Source: Flavobacteriales bacterium (GTDB lineage: Bacteria; Bacteroidota; Bacteroidia; Flavobacteriales; Flavobacteriaceae). Taken from it: a stretch of 64,000 nucleotides of DNA. The DNA lies in NCBI GenBank assembly GCA_018335925.1, contig JAGXRF010000060.1, forward strand, positions 16,712-80,711, written 5' to 3'. Positions 11,988 through 21,770 of this stretch are shown piece after piece. The stretch's first letter is position 1; each line of letters starts with the position of its first letter. A model generated the notes under the pieces. The model saw only the letters and a list, made by a program, of their open reading frames with translations, made no database searches and was not told the origin of the DNA. The translations under genes and the position numbers were made by a program.

Positions 11988-13243
11988 GGGTACTCTGGTT
12001 TTCAAATACTCCTGCTCAAGGAATTGAGTTTTTAAGTAAAGACTCTAAAATTAAAGGTACAGGAGGATGGATGGGAGCGCTTAATGAAATTATGAAAGAT
12101 GAAGTTGATCTTCATATTGTTTTTCATTATCCATATAAGAAGGAGTCATTTAATTACAAAAATACATATTTTTATCCGGTTTATACCGGGAATATATTTT
12201 TTAATTTGATAAAAAATAGAATTTATACAGCTGTGCTTGATGATAAATACCTAGATTCTTATTTAAAAATTATCCATGAGGTTGAACCAAATATTATTCA
12301 CATCCATGGAACTGAAAATTCATTTCTTTGTATATTAAATCAGGTAAATATCCCAACTGTTGTTTCGATTCAAGGTAACTTAACAGTTTGTAATCATAAA
12401 TTTTTTTCTGGATTCAATGGGAAATTTTTAAATAGACAAAAATATACAAGCTTAAAAGAATTTTTCTTAGGTTCGAAATATTTCAAAAAAATTAAATGTA
12501 GGCTTTCAAAAATGGCTCAAATAGAGCAAAACAGAATCAAAGATATCAAATATGTTATCGGACGAACGGATTGGGATTACAGAATTACAAGAGTGCTCTC
12601 GCCTAATAGTAAATACTTTAAGGGTGAGGAATTATTACGAGAAGCTTTTTACATTAACAAGTGGGATAATCTTCACCAAAATGAAGATAAACTTATTGTT
12701 TTTACTACTAATAGTGATAATTATTATAAGGGAGTTGAAACCGTTTTTCATAGTATTTCATTATTGCAAGAAATAGGTATTGATATCGAATGGAGAATCG
12801 CAGGTATTAAAGATGACAGTTTAATTGTTTCTATTTGTAAAAGCTTTTTAGGCTCAAGTTTTCCAACTTCAGGATATAAATTGCTTGGATCGCTTGATGA
12901 AGAAAGTTTGGTTCAAGAATTACTTGCTTCTCATATGTATGTGATGCCCTCCCATATTGAGAATAGCCCTAATAATTTATGTGAGGCGATGATTCTTGGA
13001 ATGCCTTGTATTGCTACTTATGCAGGAGGAACCGGTAGTCTATTAAAAGATGGAAAAGAAGGGATTTTAATTCAAGATGGAGATCCTTGGGCGATGGCTG
13101 GAGCTGTTATTGAATTGATAAATGATCCGGATCAAGCAAAGAATTATGGGGAAAATGCTAGGAAAAGGGCATTATTGAGACATGATAAAAGAACAGTTGC
13201 AGATCAGTATTTGAATATTTATAAAAATATCCTATCCTGTTAA
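11984..13243 (+). CDS. Glycosyltransferase family 4
   Basis: HIHGTE, PSHIENSPNNLCEAM..G.P (EX7E). Confidence 0.88.
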   Translation: MRVLWFSNTPAQGIEFLSKDSKIKGTGGWMGALNEIMKDEVDLHIVFHYPYKKESFNYKNTYFYPVYTGNIFFNLIKNRIYTAVLDDKYLDSYLKIIHEVEPNIIHIHGTENSFLCILNQVNIPTVVSIQGNLTVCNHKFFSGFNGKFLNRQKYTSLKEFFLGSKYFKKIKCRLSKMAQIEQNRIKDIKYVIGRTDWDYRITRVLSPNSKYFKGEELLREAFYINKWDNLHQNEDKLIVFTTNSDNYYKGVETVFHSISLLQEIGIDIEWRIAGIKDDSLIVSICKSFLGSSFPTSGYKLLGSLDEESLVQELLASHMYVMPSHIENSPNNLCEAMILGMPCIATYAGGTGSLLKDGKEGILIQDGDPWAMAGAVIELINDPDQAKNYGENARKRALLRHDKRTVADQYLNIYKNILSC

Positions 13244-13247
13244 CAAA

Positions 13248-14501
13248 TTGGAAATTAAAATTATTATTTCTTATAATCCTTGGGCCCATAATTCTGCTAG
13301 TGCAAACAGATGGCTTAGTCTAATTGAAAATTTGTTTTCCATAGGTGCAAAAGTCCAATTGCTGATCTATGGAGGTTATTCCAGTGTGGAAGAGAAGGCA
13401 AAATTTGAAGCAAAAGGTGTTTATAAAAATATTAGCTATGAATATTTGCTGCCTATTTTGGTCGTAGGTTATTTGAAGGTTCGTTTTTATAATTATATCG
13501 GCCAGACGATTCGAAATGGCCAAGTAATAAGGGTACTACAGAAACGTTTAAAAAACCAAAAAGGAATTATTTGGTCTGATTCGTCGGCTTTAAGTTTTCA
13601 ATTTGCGGTGGCATTTAAAAAGATAAATCTAAATGCTATACTTTTTACCGAGATGAGTGAATTTTTAGATATTCATAGGTATAATAAGGGAAATTTTCTT
13701 CAACGATGGCAGGCAAATTTTAAGCAGTATTTATTTGAAAAACAAGCATTTTATGCCTATGATGGTATGGCTTTGATGACCAAGACGCTGATGCGACATT
13801 ACCAAGCCTTTCCTGAACCCCAACCTAAACTTTTACACCTTCCCATGACGGTTGATTTGGAAAGATTTAAAATGTCAACAGTCCCACTTTCAGAATTCCG
13901 ATCCCCTTATATTGCTTTTGTAGGAGTAATGAATGATGCCAAGGACGGGGTAAGTAACTTGATCAAAGCCTTTAATTCCATCAAGCATAAATTTCCATCC
14001 TACAGCGTTTATCTAGTAGGGGCATGGAACTATGATACCCCCGTTCATTTGCAGTTGATCAAGGATTTTGCATTGGAAGAACGTGTTTTTTGGATGAAAG
14101 AGTACTCCAGAGATCAAATTCCCAACATCATTTGTAACGCGGACTTGTTGGTATTGCCCAGGCCTGATTCCAAGCAAGCTCAGGGAGGTTTTCCGACTAA
14201 GCTTGGGGAATATTTAGCTACAGGAAAACCTGTTTGTGCTACTCGTGTAGGCGAAATACCGGATTATTTGGCAGATAATGAATCTGTATTTTTTGCAGAA
14301 CCTGGATCAGTAGAATCTTTTGCAGAGACTATGGAGAGGGCTTTGCTCGATTACGAAAACGCCAAGAGAGTTGGAGCGAATGGTAGAAAGGTAGCGGAGG
14401 TTCATTTTAATAAAGATGTGCAAACTAAGAAATTGTTTGATTTTTTGAAGGAATTGAGTACAAAAGACTTGTTTTCGTTTAGTACTTCTAAGGGGAATTG
14501 A
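13248..14501 (+). CDS. Glycosyltransferase family 4
   Basis: KDGV, GFPTKLGEYLATGKPV. Confidence 0.85.
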   Translation: MEIKIIISYNPWAHNSASANRWLSLIENLFSIGAKVQLLIYGGYSSVEEKAKFEAKGVYKNISYEYLLPILVVGYLKVRFYNYIGQTIRNGQVIRVLQKRLKNQKGIIWSDSSALSFQFAVAFKKINLNAILFTEMSEFLDIHRYNKGNFLQRWQANFKQYLFEKQAFYAYDGMALMTKTLMRHYQAFPEPQPKLLHLPMTVDLERFKMSTVPLSEFRSPYIAFVGVMNDAKDGVSNLIKAFNSIKHKFPSYSVYLVGAWNYDTPVHLQLIKDFALEERVFWMKEYSRDQIPNIICNADLLVLPRPDSKQAQGGFPTKLGEYLATGKPVCATRVGEIPDYLADNESVFFAEPGSVESFAETMERALLDYENAKRVGANGRKVAEVHFNKDVQTKKLFDFLKELSTKDLFSFSTSKGN

Positions 14502-14520
14502 AAAGATATATACTGATTTT

Positions 14521-15552
14521 ATGATACAAAATAAGACACTTTTGATTACTGGTGGTACTGGTTCATTCGGTAATGCGGTGTTGCAGCGGTTTTTGCATAC
14601 GGACCATTTTTCGGAGATACGGATATTTTCTCGAGATGAGAAGAAGCAGGATGATATGCGGAATCTTCTGAAAAGCCCTAAATTGAAGTTTTATATAGGT
14701 GATGTGAGGGATTTTGATTCTGTGGAACCTGCCACACGCGGTGTGGATTTTATTTTCCATGCAGCGGCTTTGAAGCAAGTGCCTTCTTGTGAGTTTTTTC
14801 CCATGCAGGCAGTTAAGACGAATGTAGAAGGGACACAAAATGTGATTCGTGCGGCGGCCTCGAATGGTGTGAAAAAAGTTATTTGTTTGAGTACCGATAA
14901 GGCAGCTTATCCGATTAATGCAATGGGTGTCTCCAAGGCCATGATGGAGAAAGTCGCCATTGCAGAAGCAAGAAATTTAACTAACACTACGGTATGTTTA
15001 ACTCGCTATGGCAATGTGATGGCTTCTAGGGGTTCGGTTATTCCTTTGTTTATTAATCAAATTAAAAGTGGTTTGCCACTCACCATCACCGATCCTAATA
15101 TGACCCGTTTCTTAATGAGTTTGCATGATGCGGTAGAATTGGTGTTGTTTGCTTTTGAACATGGTAATCCAGGAGATCTTTTTGTGAATAAAGCTCCTGC
15201 CGCAACGATTGGTGATTTGGCCAAAGCCCTTATGGAATTGGCGAAAGCAGATAATGAAATAAAAATCATTGGAACGCGTCATGGAGAAAAACTCTATGAA
15301 ACGCTTTGTACCCGCGAGGAAATGGTGAAAGCGGATGATATGGGTGATTTTTATCGTATCCCTGCTGATAACCGTGACCTAAACTATGCGATGTACTACT
15401 CAGAAGGAGAACAAGATGTAGCTAAAATTGAGGATTATCATTCACACAATACCGAAAGATTGGATATAGAAGGGGTGAAGAAGTTGATCTGTGGGTTGGG
15501 ATTAGTAAAGAGGGAGATTTTTGGAGAAAAGGTAGAAGAGTTTATTGTTTAG
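14521..15552 (+). CDS. fnlA: UDP-GlcNAc 4,6-dehydratase/5-epimerase (FnlA/CapE/WbjB)
   Basis: TGGTGSFG, SRDEKKQDDMR, AAALKQVPSCEF, STDKA.YPINAMG.SK, RYGNVMASRGSV. Confidence 0.93.
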   Translation: MIQNKTLLITGGTGSFGNAVLQRFLHTDHFSEIRIFSRDEKKQDDMRNLLKSPKLKFYIGDVRDFDSVEPATRGVDFIFHAAALKQVPSCEFFPMQAVKTNVEGTQNVIRAAASNGVKKVICLSTDKAAYPINAMGVSKAMMEKVAIAEARNLTNTTVCLTRYGNVMASRGSVIPLFINQIKSGLPLTITDPNMTRFLMSLHDAVELVLFAFEHGNPGDLFVNKAPAATIGDLAKALMELAKADNEIKIIGTRHGEKLYETLCTREEMVKADDMGDFYRIPADNRDLNYAMYYSEGEQDVAKIEDYHSHNTERLDIEGVKKLICGLGLVKREIFGEKVEEFIV

Positions 15553-15644
15553 TTCTTTAAAGTATTTTATTGTAGGTAAACAGAATGTTTTAATAGTAAT
15601 TAATTTCATAGAGGTTATTTTACAGTTTTTTACTAAATCATGCT

Positions 15645-16031
15645 TTGCTTATAACTGGTAATAGTCATAGTGATTCCCGAGGAATCATCAGATTTGTTAA
15701 TGACTTTGATATGAGTCAAGTAGTCCGGATGTATTGTGTTAAACCGGACTTGGGAATAATTAGAGCTTGGCAAGGTCATCAAAAGGAAACCAAATGGTTT
15801 TATGCAGCTAAGGGGAGTTTTTTGGTGAAGATGGTGGAGATGGATTCGCTTGTGAAGAAAGAATACTTGTTGAAAGATACCGAGAGTATCGTACTGGAAA
15901 TTAAAGGAGGGCATTATAATGGATTTGAAGCCTTAGAAGTAGGGAGTGTTTTGATGGTTTTTTCGGATTTTGGATTAGAGGAGTCTAAGGGTGATGATTT
16001 TAGGGAGAGTTTGGAAAATATAAATTGGTGA
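15645..16031 (+). CDS. WxcM-like cupin (sugar isomerase/epimerase)
   Basis: D.RG.I.F.NDF, RAWQGH..E.KWF, NGF; typical position after fnlA. Confidence 0.75.
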   Translation: MLITGNSHSDSRGIIRFVNDFDMSQVVRMYCVKPDLGIIRAWQGHQKETKWFYAAKGSFLVKMVEMDSLVKKEYLLKDTESIVLEIKGGHYNGFEALEVGSVLMVFSDFGLEESKGDDFRESLENINW

Positions 16032-16033
16032 GA

Positions 16034-16142
16034 ATAGAACACAGATGACACTGATTAAACGGATGCTCGCGGATTTTATCTGTGCTAATCCGCAAAATCC
16101 GCGTCTCTTGTACTGAGCGAAGTCGAAGTATCAGCGTTCCAT
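16034..16142. repeat. Long imperfect palindrome (same family as repeats by the GxxExxY gene) with nested 24-nt insert
   Basis: ATAGAACACAGATGACACTGAT...GCGGAT TTT ATCTGTG...ATCCGCGTC[TCTTGTACTGAGCGAAGTCGAAGT]ATCAGCGTTCCAT. Confidence 0.85.
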
Positions 16143-16154
16143 TAAAAATCAGAT

Positions 16155-17273
16155 ATGAGAAAAGTAGGAATTACCGGTCAGAATGGATTTGTGGGGTGGC
16201 ATTTGTATCAGACATTGAAACTGTACAAGGAGGAGTTTGCCCTGATCGATTTTGAGCGGGGATTTTTTGAGGATGATACTAAGTTAGATGATTTTGTGTC
16301 GCAATGCGATGTGATAGTGCATTTGGCAGCTTTAAACCGCCATAATGACCCAGGTGTGATCTATGAAATGAATACAGGTTTGGTGAAGAAATTGGTGGCA
16401 TCACTGGATAGAACCCAAAGCAAAGCCCATGTAATCATTTCATCTTCTACCCAGGAAGAGCGAGACAATCTCTATGGTAAATCTAAGAAAGTAGGGCGCT
16501 TGATGCTTTCAGATTGTGCCAATAGAGCAGGAGGTAGGTTTACAGGTATGGTCATTCCAAATGTGTATGGACCCTTTGGAAATCCTTACTATAATTCTGT
16601 AATAGCAACTTTTTGTCATCAAGTATCGCACAATGAAAGGCCCCGGATTGAAGTAGATGGCCAATTGAAATTGATCTATGTGGGAGAATTGGTGGAAGAA
16701 ATCATCAATGCCATCAGAACAGAAGACAATACGCATGAACTTCAAGTTCCCCATACAACAGAAGCTAAAGTATCTGAAATATTGGCTTTGTTGCAGCACT
16801 TTAAAGAAGTTTATCAAGAAAAGGGGGAATTTCCAGCCATTAATAGCCCATTTGAACACAAGTTGTTTAATACTTACCGATGCTACATGGACATTTCGAA
16901 CTATTTCCCACGAAAATTTACGCAGCACACCGATAACCGTGGAGCCTTCGTAGAAATTGCTCGCCATGGCATAACCGGCCAAACCTCTTTTTCTACCACT
17001 GTTCCGGGCATCACCCGTGGCAACCATTTCCACACCCGCAAAATCGAGCGCTTCGCCGTTATCAAAGGCAAAGCCCTTATTCAACTACGCAAAATCGGAA
17101 CCACTAAAGTCCACAATTTCTATCTGGACGGCGACCAACCCGCCTACGTCGATATGCCCATCTGGTACACACATAATATTAAGAATGTGGGAGAGGAGAC
17201 CTTATATACTATCTTTTGGATCAATGAGCCGTATGATGCGGCGGATCCAGATACATTTTTGGAAATTGTATAA
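16155..17273 (+). CDS. fnlB: FnlB/CapF/WbjC epimerase-reductase (SDR + C-terminal cupin)
   Basis: TG..GFVG, HLAALNR, YGKSK, YNSVIATFC, RGNHFHTRK.ERF, YTHNI. Confidence 0.9.
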   Translation: MRKVGITGQNGFVGWHLYQTLKLYKEEFALIDFERGFFEDDTKLDDFVSQCDVIVHLAALNRHNDPGVIYEMNTGLVKKLVASLDRTQSKAHVIISSSTQEERDNLYGKSKKVGRLMLSDCANRAGGRFTGMVIPNVYGPFGNPYYNSVIATFCHQVSHNERPRIEVDGQLKLIYVGELVEEIINAIRTEDNTHELQVPHTTEAKVSEILALLQHFKEVYQEKGEFPAINSPFEHKLFNTYRCYMDISNYFPRKFTQHTDNRGAFVEIARHGITGQTSFSTTVPGITRGNHFHTRKIERFAVIKGKALIQLRKIGTTKVHNFYLDGDQPAYVDMPIWYTHNIKNVGEETLYTIFWINEPYDAADPDTFLEIV

Positions 17274-17277
17274 ATAA

Positions 17278-18534
17278 ATGAGAAAATTAAAAGTAATGAC
17301 CGTCGTCGGGACTCGGCCCGAAATCATCCGCCTCTCTCGAGTGATGGCAGCATTGGATGCTAGCCCAGCTATTGAGCATATCACCGTACATACCGGTCAG
17401 AATTATGATTATGAGCTCAATGAAGTATTTTATGAAGATTTGGGGGTTCGGAAACCGAATTATTTTTTGAATGCGGCTGGAGCGACAGCCACGGCAACGG
17501 TAGGTCAGATTTTGATCAATATTGATCCGGTTTTGGAGGAAGTGAAACCTGATGCTTTTTTGGTATTGGGGGATACCAACTCCTGTCTGTGTGCGATTCC
17601 TGCGAAGAAACGCCACATCCCTATCTTCCACATGGAAGCAGGAAATAGATGTTTCGATCAGCGCGTACCGGAGGAAACCAACCGTAAGATTGTAGATCAC
17701 ATTGCGGACATCAATCTAACCTATTCGGACATCGCTAGAGAATATCTACTCCGCGAAGGTTTACCCGCAGATCGGATTATCAAAACAGGCTCACCCATGT
17801 ACGAGGTGTTGAACCATTACATGCCTAAAATCAAAGCCAGTGATATTCTAGAGCGTATGGCCTTGGAACATGGACAATACTTCGTAGTCTCCGCCCACCG
17901 TGAAGAAAATATCAGCAACGACAAGAATTTCTTTGGCCTATTAAAGTCGCTTAACCAAATAGCTGAGAAGTATGGTTATCCGATTATTGTTAGTACACAT
18001 CCAAGGACTCGAAAACGCTTAGAACAATTAAATCTGCGAGAATCTGTTCAAACCGCGTCACTTGTACTGAGCGAAGCCGTAGTATTAGAGTTCCATTTAA
18101 ACCCTCTCATCCAATGGCAAAAGCCTATAGGTTTTTCGGATTATATCGCCTTACAAATAAACTCATTTGCTGTACTATCTGATAGCGGCACCATCTCTGA
18201 AGAATCCTCCATCATGAACTTTAGAGCCTTAAATATTCGCGATGCCCACGAACGCCCCGAGGCGATGGAAGAAGCTTCTGTGATGATGGTTGGGCTCAAT
18301 CCCGAACGAATCCTTCAAGGCCTCGCCCAACTTGAACGTCAAGCAATAGGCTCAAGATCATCTAACAATCAAACGCAACTTACAGCTCACAGCTCACAGA
18401 TTACTGATCACAGTTCACATCTAACCACCTTCCGCCCCGTTTCGGACTACTCCATGCCCAAGGTCAGCGAGAAAATGGTCAGAATTATTTTGAGTTATAC
18501 AAGTTACATTAAAAGAGTTGTTTGGAGTGAGTAG
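17278..18534 (+). CDS. fnlC: UDP-N-acetylhexosamine 2-epimerase (FnlC/CapG/WecB family) with two in-frame repeat-derived insertions
   Basis: GTRPEIIRLS, HTGQNYD, LGDTNS, HMEAGNR, HREEN, SDSGT, ERPEA. Confidence 0.92.
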   Translation: MRKLKVMTVVGTRPEIIRLSRVMAALDASPAIEHITVHTGQNYDYELNEVFYEDLGVRKPNYFLNAAGATATATVGQILINIDPVLEEVKPDAFLVLGDTNSCLCAIPAKKRHIPIFHMEAGNRCFDQRVPEETNRKIVDHIADINLTYSDIAREYLLREGLPADRIIKTGSPMYEVLNHYMPKIKASDILERMALEHGQYFVVSAHREENISNDKNFFGLLKSLNQIAEKYGYPIIVSTHPRTRKRLEQLNLRESVQTASLVLSEAVVLEFHLNPLIQWQKPIGFSDYIALQINSFAVLSDSGTISEESSIMNFRALNIRDAHERPEAMEEASVMMVGLNPERILQGLAQLERQAIGSRSSNNQTQLTAHSSQITDHSSHLTTFRPVSDYSMPKVSEKMVRIILSYTSYIKRVVWSE

Positions 18535-19618
18535 GTTAAAATCATTGATTTCTAATTTTTATACGAATCTTTCTGGTATAAATATATCGCAGAAAATAGT
18601 TGTCATTGAGTCTGACGATTGGGGATCCATTCGAATGCCCAACAAAAATGTTTTTAATGAACTACTTAAAGCAGGAATACCTGTAGATAAAAGTGCTTAT
18701 TGTAAGTTTGACACCCTTGAAAATGAAGAGGACGTGACCTTGTTATTGGAAGTTCTTTCTTCTGTAAAAAATAGAGAGGGTGAAAATCCTATACTCACTG
18801 CAAACTTTGTTGTCGCCAATCCCGATTTTCAAAAAATAAAAGCAAGCAAATTTGAATATTATTACAAAGAATCCATATATCAAACTTATAAAAGATTATC
18901 GGGTCATGAAAAGGTTTTGGATATAATTCACCAAGGATTAAATGAGGGTTTAATTAAGCCACAATTTCATGGGAGAGAACATGTTAATATACCTCTTTGG
19001 TTAGAGCTCCTTCAAAATAATCAAGATTTTAAATTAGCTTTTGATCATGGAGTGTGGGGATTGAGTAAGGATGTCTTTCCTTACATGCAAAAAAGTATAC
19101 AAGCAACCTATGACAGTGAAGACTTCGAATACTGTAAAAACTCTATTAAAGAAGGATTGATCCTATTCAAAGATATATTTGGTTTTCTTTCAAAATCCTT
19201 TATTGCCAACAACTATATATGGCCATCAGAAATTGAACAAACATTATTTGAAGGAGGGGTAAAGCATTTGCAGGGTATGAAATACCAATTATTTCCTATG
19301 AATATTGATGGGAAAAGAGATAAAAGGAGAATTTATTTTGGTCAGAAGAACAAATTAGGAATGACTTATGGTGTTAGGAATTGTTCATTTGAACCAATTG
19401 AATTGGGAGGTAATGCTATGAGGACTTTACGTCAAATTAATGTTGCTTTTATGCTTAAAAAACCAGCTATAATTAGTACACATCGAATTAATTTTTCAGG
19501 CGGTATCAATAAAAACACAAGAAATAGAAATTTAAAAGAATTTAAATGCTTACTAGATAATATAGTAACGAAGTGGCCTGATGTGGTATTTATGTCAAGT
19601 GATCAAATACTTTTATAA
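18518..19618 (+). CDS. Polysaccharide deacetylase-like protein (ESDDWG family)
   Basis: IESDDWGSIRMP, NPDF, FHGREH, STHRIN resemble NodB/CE4-like motifs; start uncertain. Confidence 0.6.
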   Translation: MFGVSRLKSLISNFYTNLSGINISQKIVVIESDDWGSIRMPNKNVFNELLKAGIPVDKSAYCKFDTLENEEDVTLLLEVLSSVKNREGENPILTANFVVANPDFQKIKASKFEYYYKESIYQTYKRLSGHEKVLDIIHQGLNEGLIKPQFHGREHVNIPLWLELLQNNQDFKLAFDHGVWGLSKDVFPYMQKSIQATYDSEDFEYCKNSIKEGLILFKDIFGFLSKSFIANNYIWPSEIEQTLFEGGVKHLQGMKYQLFPMNIDGKRDKRRIYFGQKNKLGMTYGVRNCSFEPIELGGNAMRTLRQINVAFMLKKPAIISTHRINFSGGINKNTRNRNLKEFKCLLDNIVTKWPDVVFMSSDQILL

Positions 19619-19621
19619 GTT

Positions 19622-20671
19622 ATGAAGATTCATGTTTTGCATTATCAATCAAAATTTTCCTTAGGTTTTGATGATTTTTATCCTTTGTATAGGAATAAGA
19701 AAGTGATAAAACAAAGGGGTTGTGAGATTGACCTATTTTATAATATTCATTCACCTAAAATATTTGATTGTGATTTAATTATAGTCCATGTTCGCTATTC
19801 TTTTAAAAATCTTGAACAATAGGAATGGTTTTTTAATGAATTAAATTGTAGAAAAACAATAATTGTTTTATTCGATGGTTTTGATACTTCTGGAATTCCA
19901 AACTTTGAAGAATATATTTATTTTGATAAGGTTTGGAAGAAACAGATTCTTAAAAATAAATCATTTTATTTAACGGCCACAAATGACACGACAGTCAGAC
20001 CATGGTTGGATAATCAAGAGCCATTACTTTATGAAAATTATTCAAAGGCAACGCCATACGATATAGAAAAGATACTTGTAGGTTGGAATATTGGACTGTG
20101 TAACTATGTAGATTTCAATTTTGGTTTTTTGAATAGATTTAAAAACGTTCATCGCTTTAAGTTGAAGGAAGAATTTAGCCTGAATTTGATAAAGAGGTAT
20201 AGTTTATCTTTTAGAGGAGAAAGAAATTATTTAAATAAGAAGATCTCCTCTCAGAGAAATAAGCTATTTGATATTTTATCGACAATTGATTTAGAGGAAG
20301 CAATTATAGGTGGTAAGGTTGCTAAAAGTGAATATTTGCGCGAATTGAAACAGTCAAGAATATCAGTTAGCCCTTTTGGATGGGGAGAAATATGTTATCG
20401 TGATTTTGAATCTATGTATTCGCAGACTATTCTTTTAAAGCCAGATGTTTCGCATTTAAATACTTTTCCTGATTTCTTCATTGCGAATGAAACATATATT
20501 CCATTACGGTGGGATTTAGAAGATACTGAACAAAAAATTTTAAGTTGTATAAAAGATTATGAATCATATCAAGATATTGTAAAGACAGCTTATGATACTT
20601 TTAAGTTGTATCACGATGATAATTTACTATTTGTAAATCATTTCGTTAAATTAATTGAATTAAGTGCATAG
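19622..20671 (+). pseudogene. Glycosyltransferase-like gene interrupted by one in-frame TAG (19820-19822)
   Basis: ORFs 19622-19822 and 20006-20671 share a frame and the gap is otherwise open; C-terminal SPFGWGEICYRDFE..KPD. Confidence 0.8.
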
Positions 20672-21770
20672 ATTAAAAAATAAAAAAATTTGCCTTATCA
20701 TTCCCTCCCTCCAATCAGGAGGTATGGAACGCGTGATGTCTGAATTAGTGTCATATTTTTGCTCTAAAGAGGAGTTTGAGGTCCATTTAGTTCTTTATGG
20801 TCTTACCCGAGAGATTTTTTATCCAATTCCTGATAATTTAATTGTTCATAAACCCGCTTTTGATTTTGTCAATTCTAAGCGAACATGGAATACCTTAAAA
20901 ACGCTTTGGTTTTTAAGAAAGAAAATAAAGGAAATACATCCTGATACTGTTTTGAGTTTTGGTGAGTTATGGAATAATTTTGTTTTGTTAGCTACCTTAG
21001 GTTTAAGCTATCCCGTTTTTGTTTCGGATCGCTGTCAACCCGATAAGAGTTTAGGAAAGCTACATAATAGATTAAGAAACTGGCTTTATCCAAAAGCTTC
21101 AGGAGTTATTTGTCAGACCGAAGTGGCAAAGACTATTTACAGCAAGATGTTTCATCATACAAATTTGGCAGTTATTGGAAATCCCATACGAGATATTGAA
21201 CCCAATACCACCTTCAAAAAAGAGAATATCGTTTTATCTGTGGGCCGATTGATTCAAAGTAAGCACCACGATGAATTAATTCAGATTTTTTCAGAAATTG
21301 ATGCCGCTGACTGGAAATTAGTCATAGTGGGGGATGAAGCACTCAAACAAAAGAATAAAGAAAAATTAGAGAACCTCATTAAAGACCTTGGGATTCAAAA
21401 TCGTGTAGAGTTGGCTGGCGAGCGATTGGATGTTGAAAATTATTATAATAAGGCAAAGATTTTTGCATTTACTTCCAGTTCAGAAGGGTTCCCTAATGTG
21501 ATAGGAGAAGCGATGTCAGCTGCTTTACCCGTTGTTGCTTACGATTGTGTAGCAGGTCCAAGCGATTTGATTTACCATGAGAAAACAGGTTTTTTAATCA
21601 AACTTCATGATTCTTCAAGTTTTAAAGAAGCTTTAGAAAAATTAATGAAAGATGAAAGCTTAAGATCTTCTTATGGTCAACAAGGAAAATTGATAATACA
21701 AAAATTCTCTGTGCAGTATGTTGCACAAAAATTTGAAAAAACCATTTTAAATGCGTGTACTGCAAATTAA
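20664..21770 (+). CDS. Glycosyltransferase family 4 (PglH/PglJ-like)
   Basis: GGMERV, VGRL..SK, SEGFPNVIGEAM. Confidence 0.9.
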   Translation: MHRLKNKKICLIIPSLQSGGMERVMSELVSYFCSKEEFEVHLVLYGLTREIFYPIPDNLIVHKPAFDFVNSKRTWNTLKTLWFLRKKIKEIHPDTVLSFGELWNNFVLLATLGLSYPVFVSDRCQPDKSLGKLHNRLRNWLYPKASGVICQTEVAKTIYSKMFHHTNLAVIGNPIRDIEPNTTFKKENIVLSVGRLIQSKHHDELIQIFSEIDAADWKLVIVGDEALKQKNKEKLENLIKDLGIQNRVELAGERLDVENYYNKAKIFAFTSSSEGFPNVIGEAMSAALPVVAYDCVAGPSDLIYHEKTGFLIKLHDSSSFKEALEKLMKDESLRSSYGQQGKLIIQKFSVQYVAQKFEKTILNACTAN

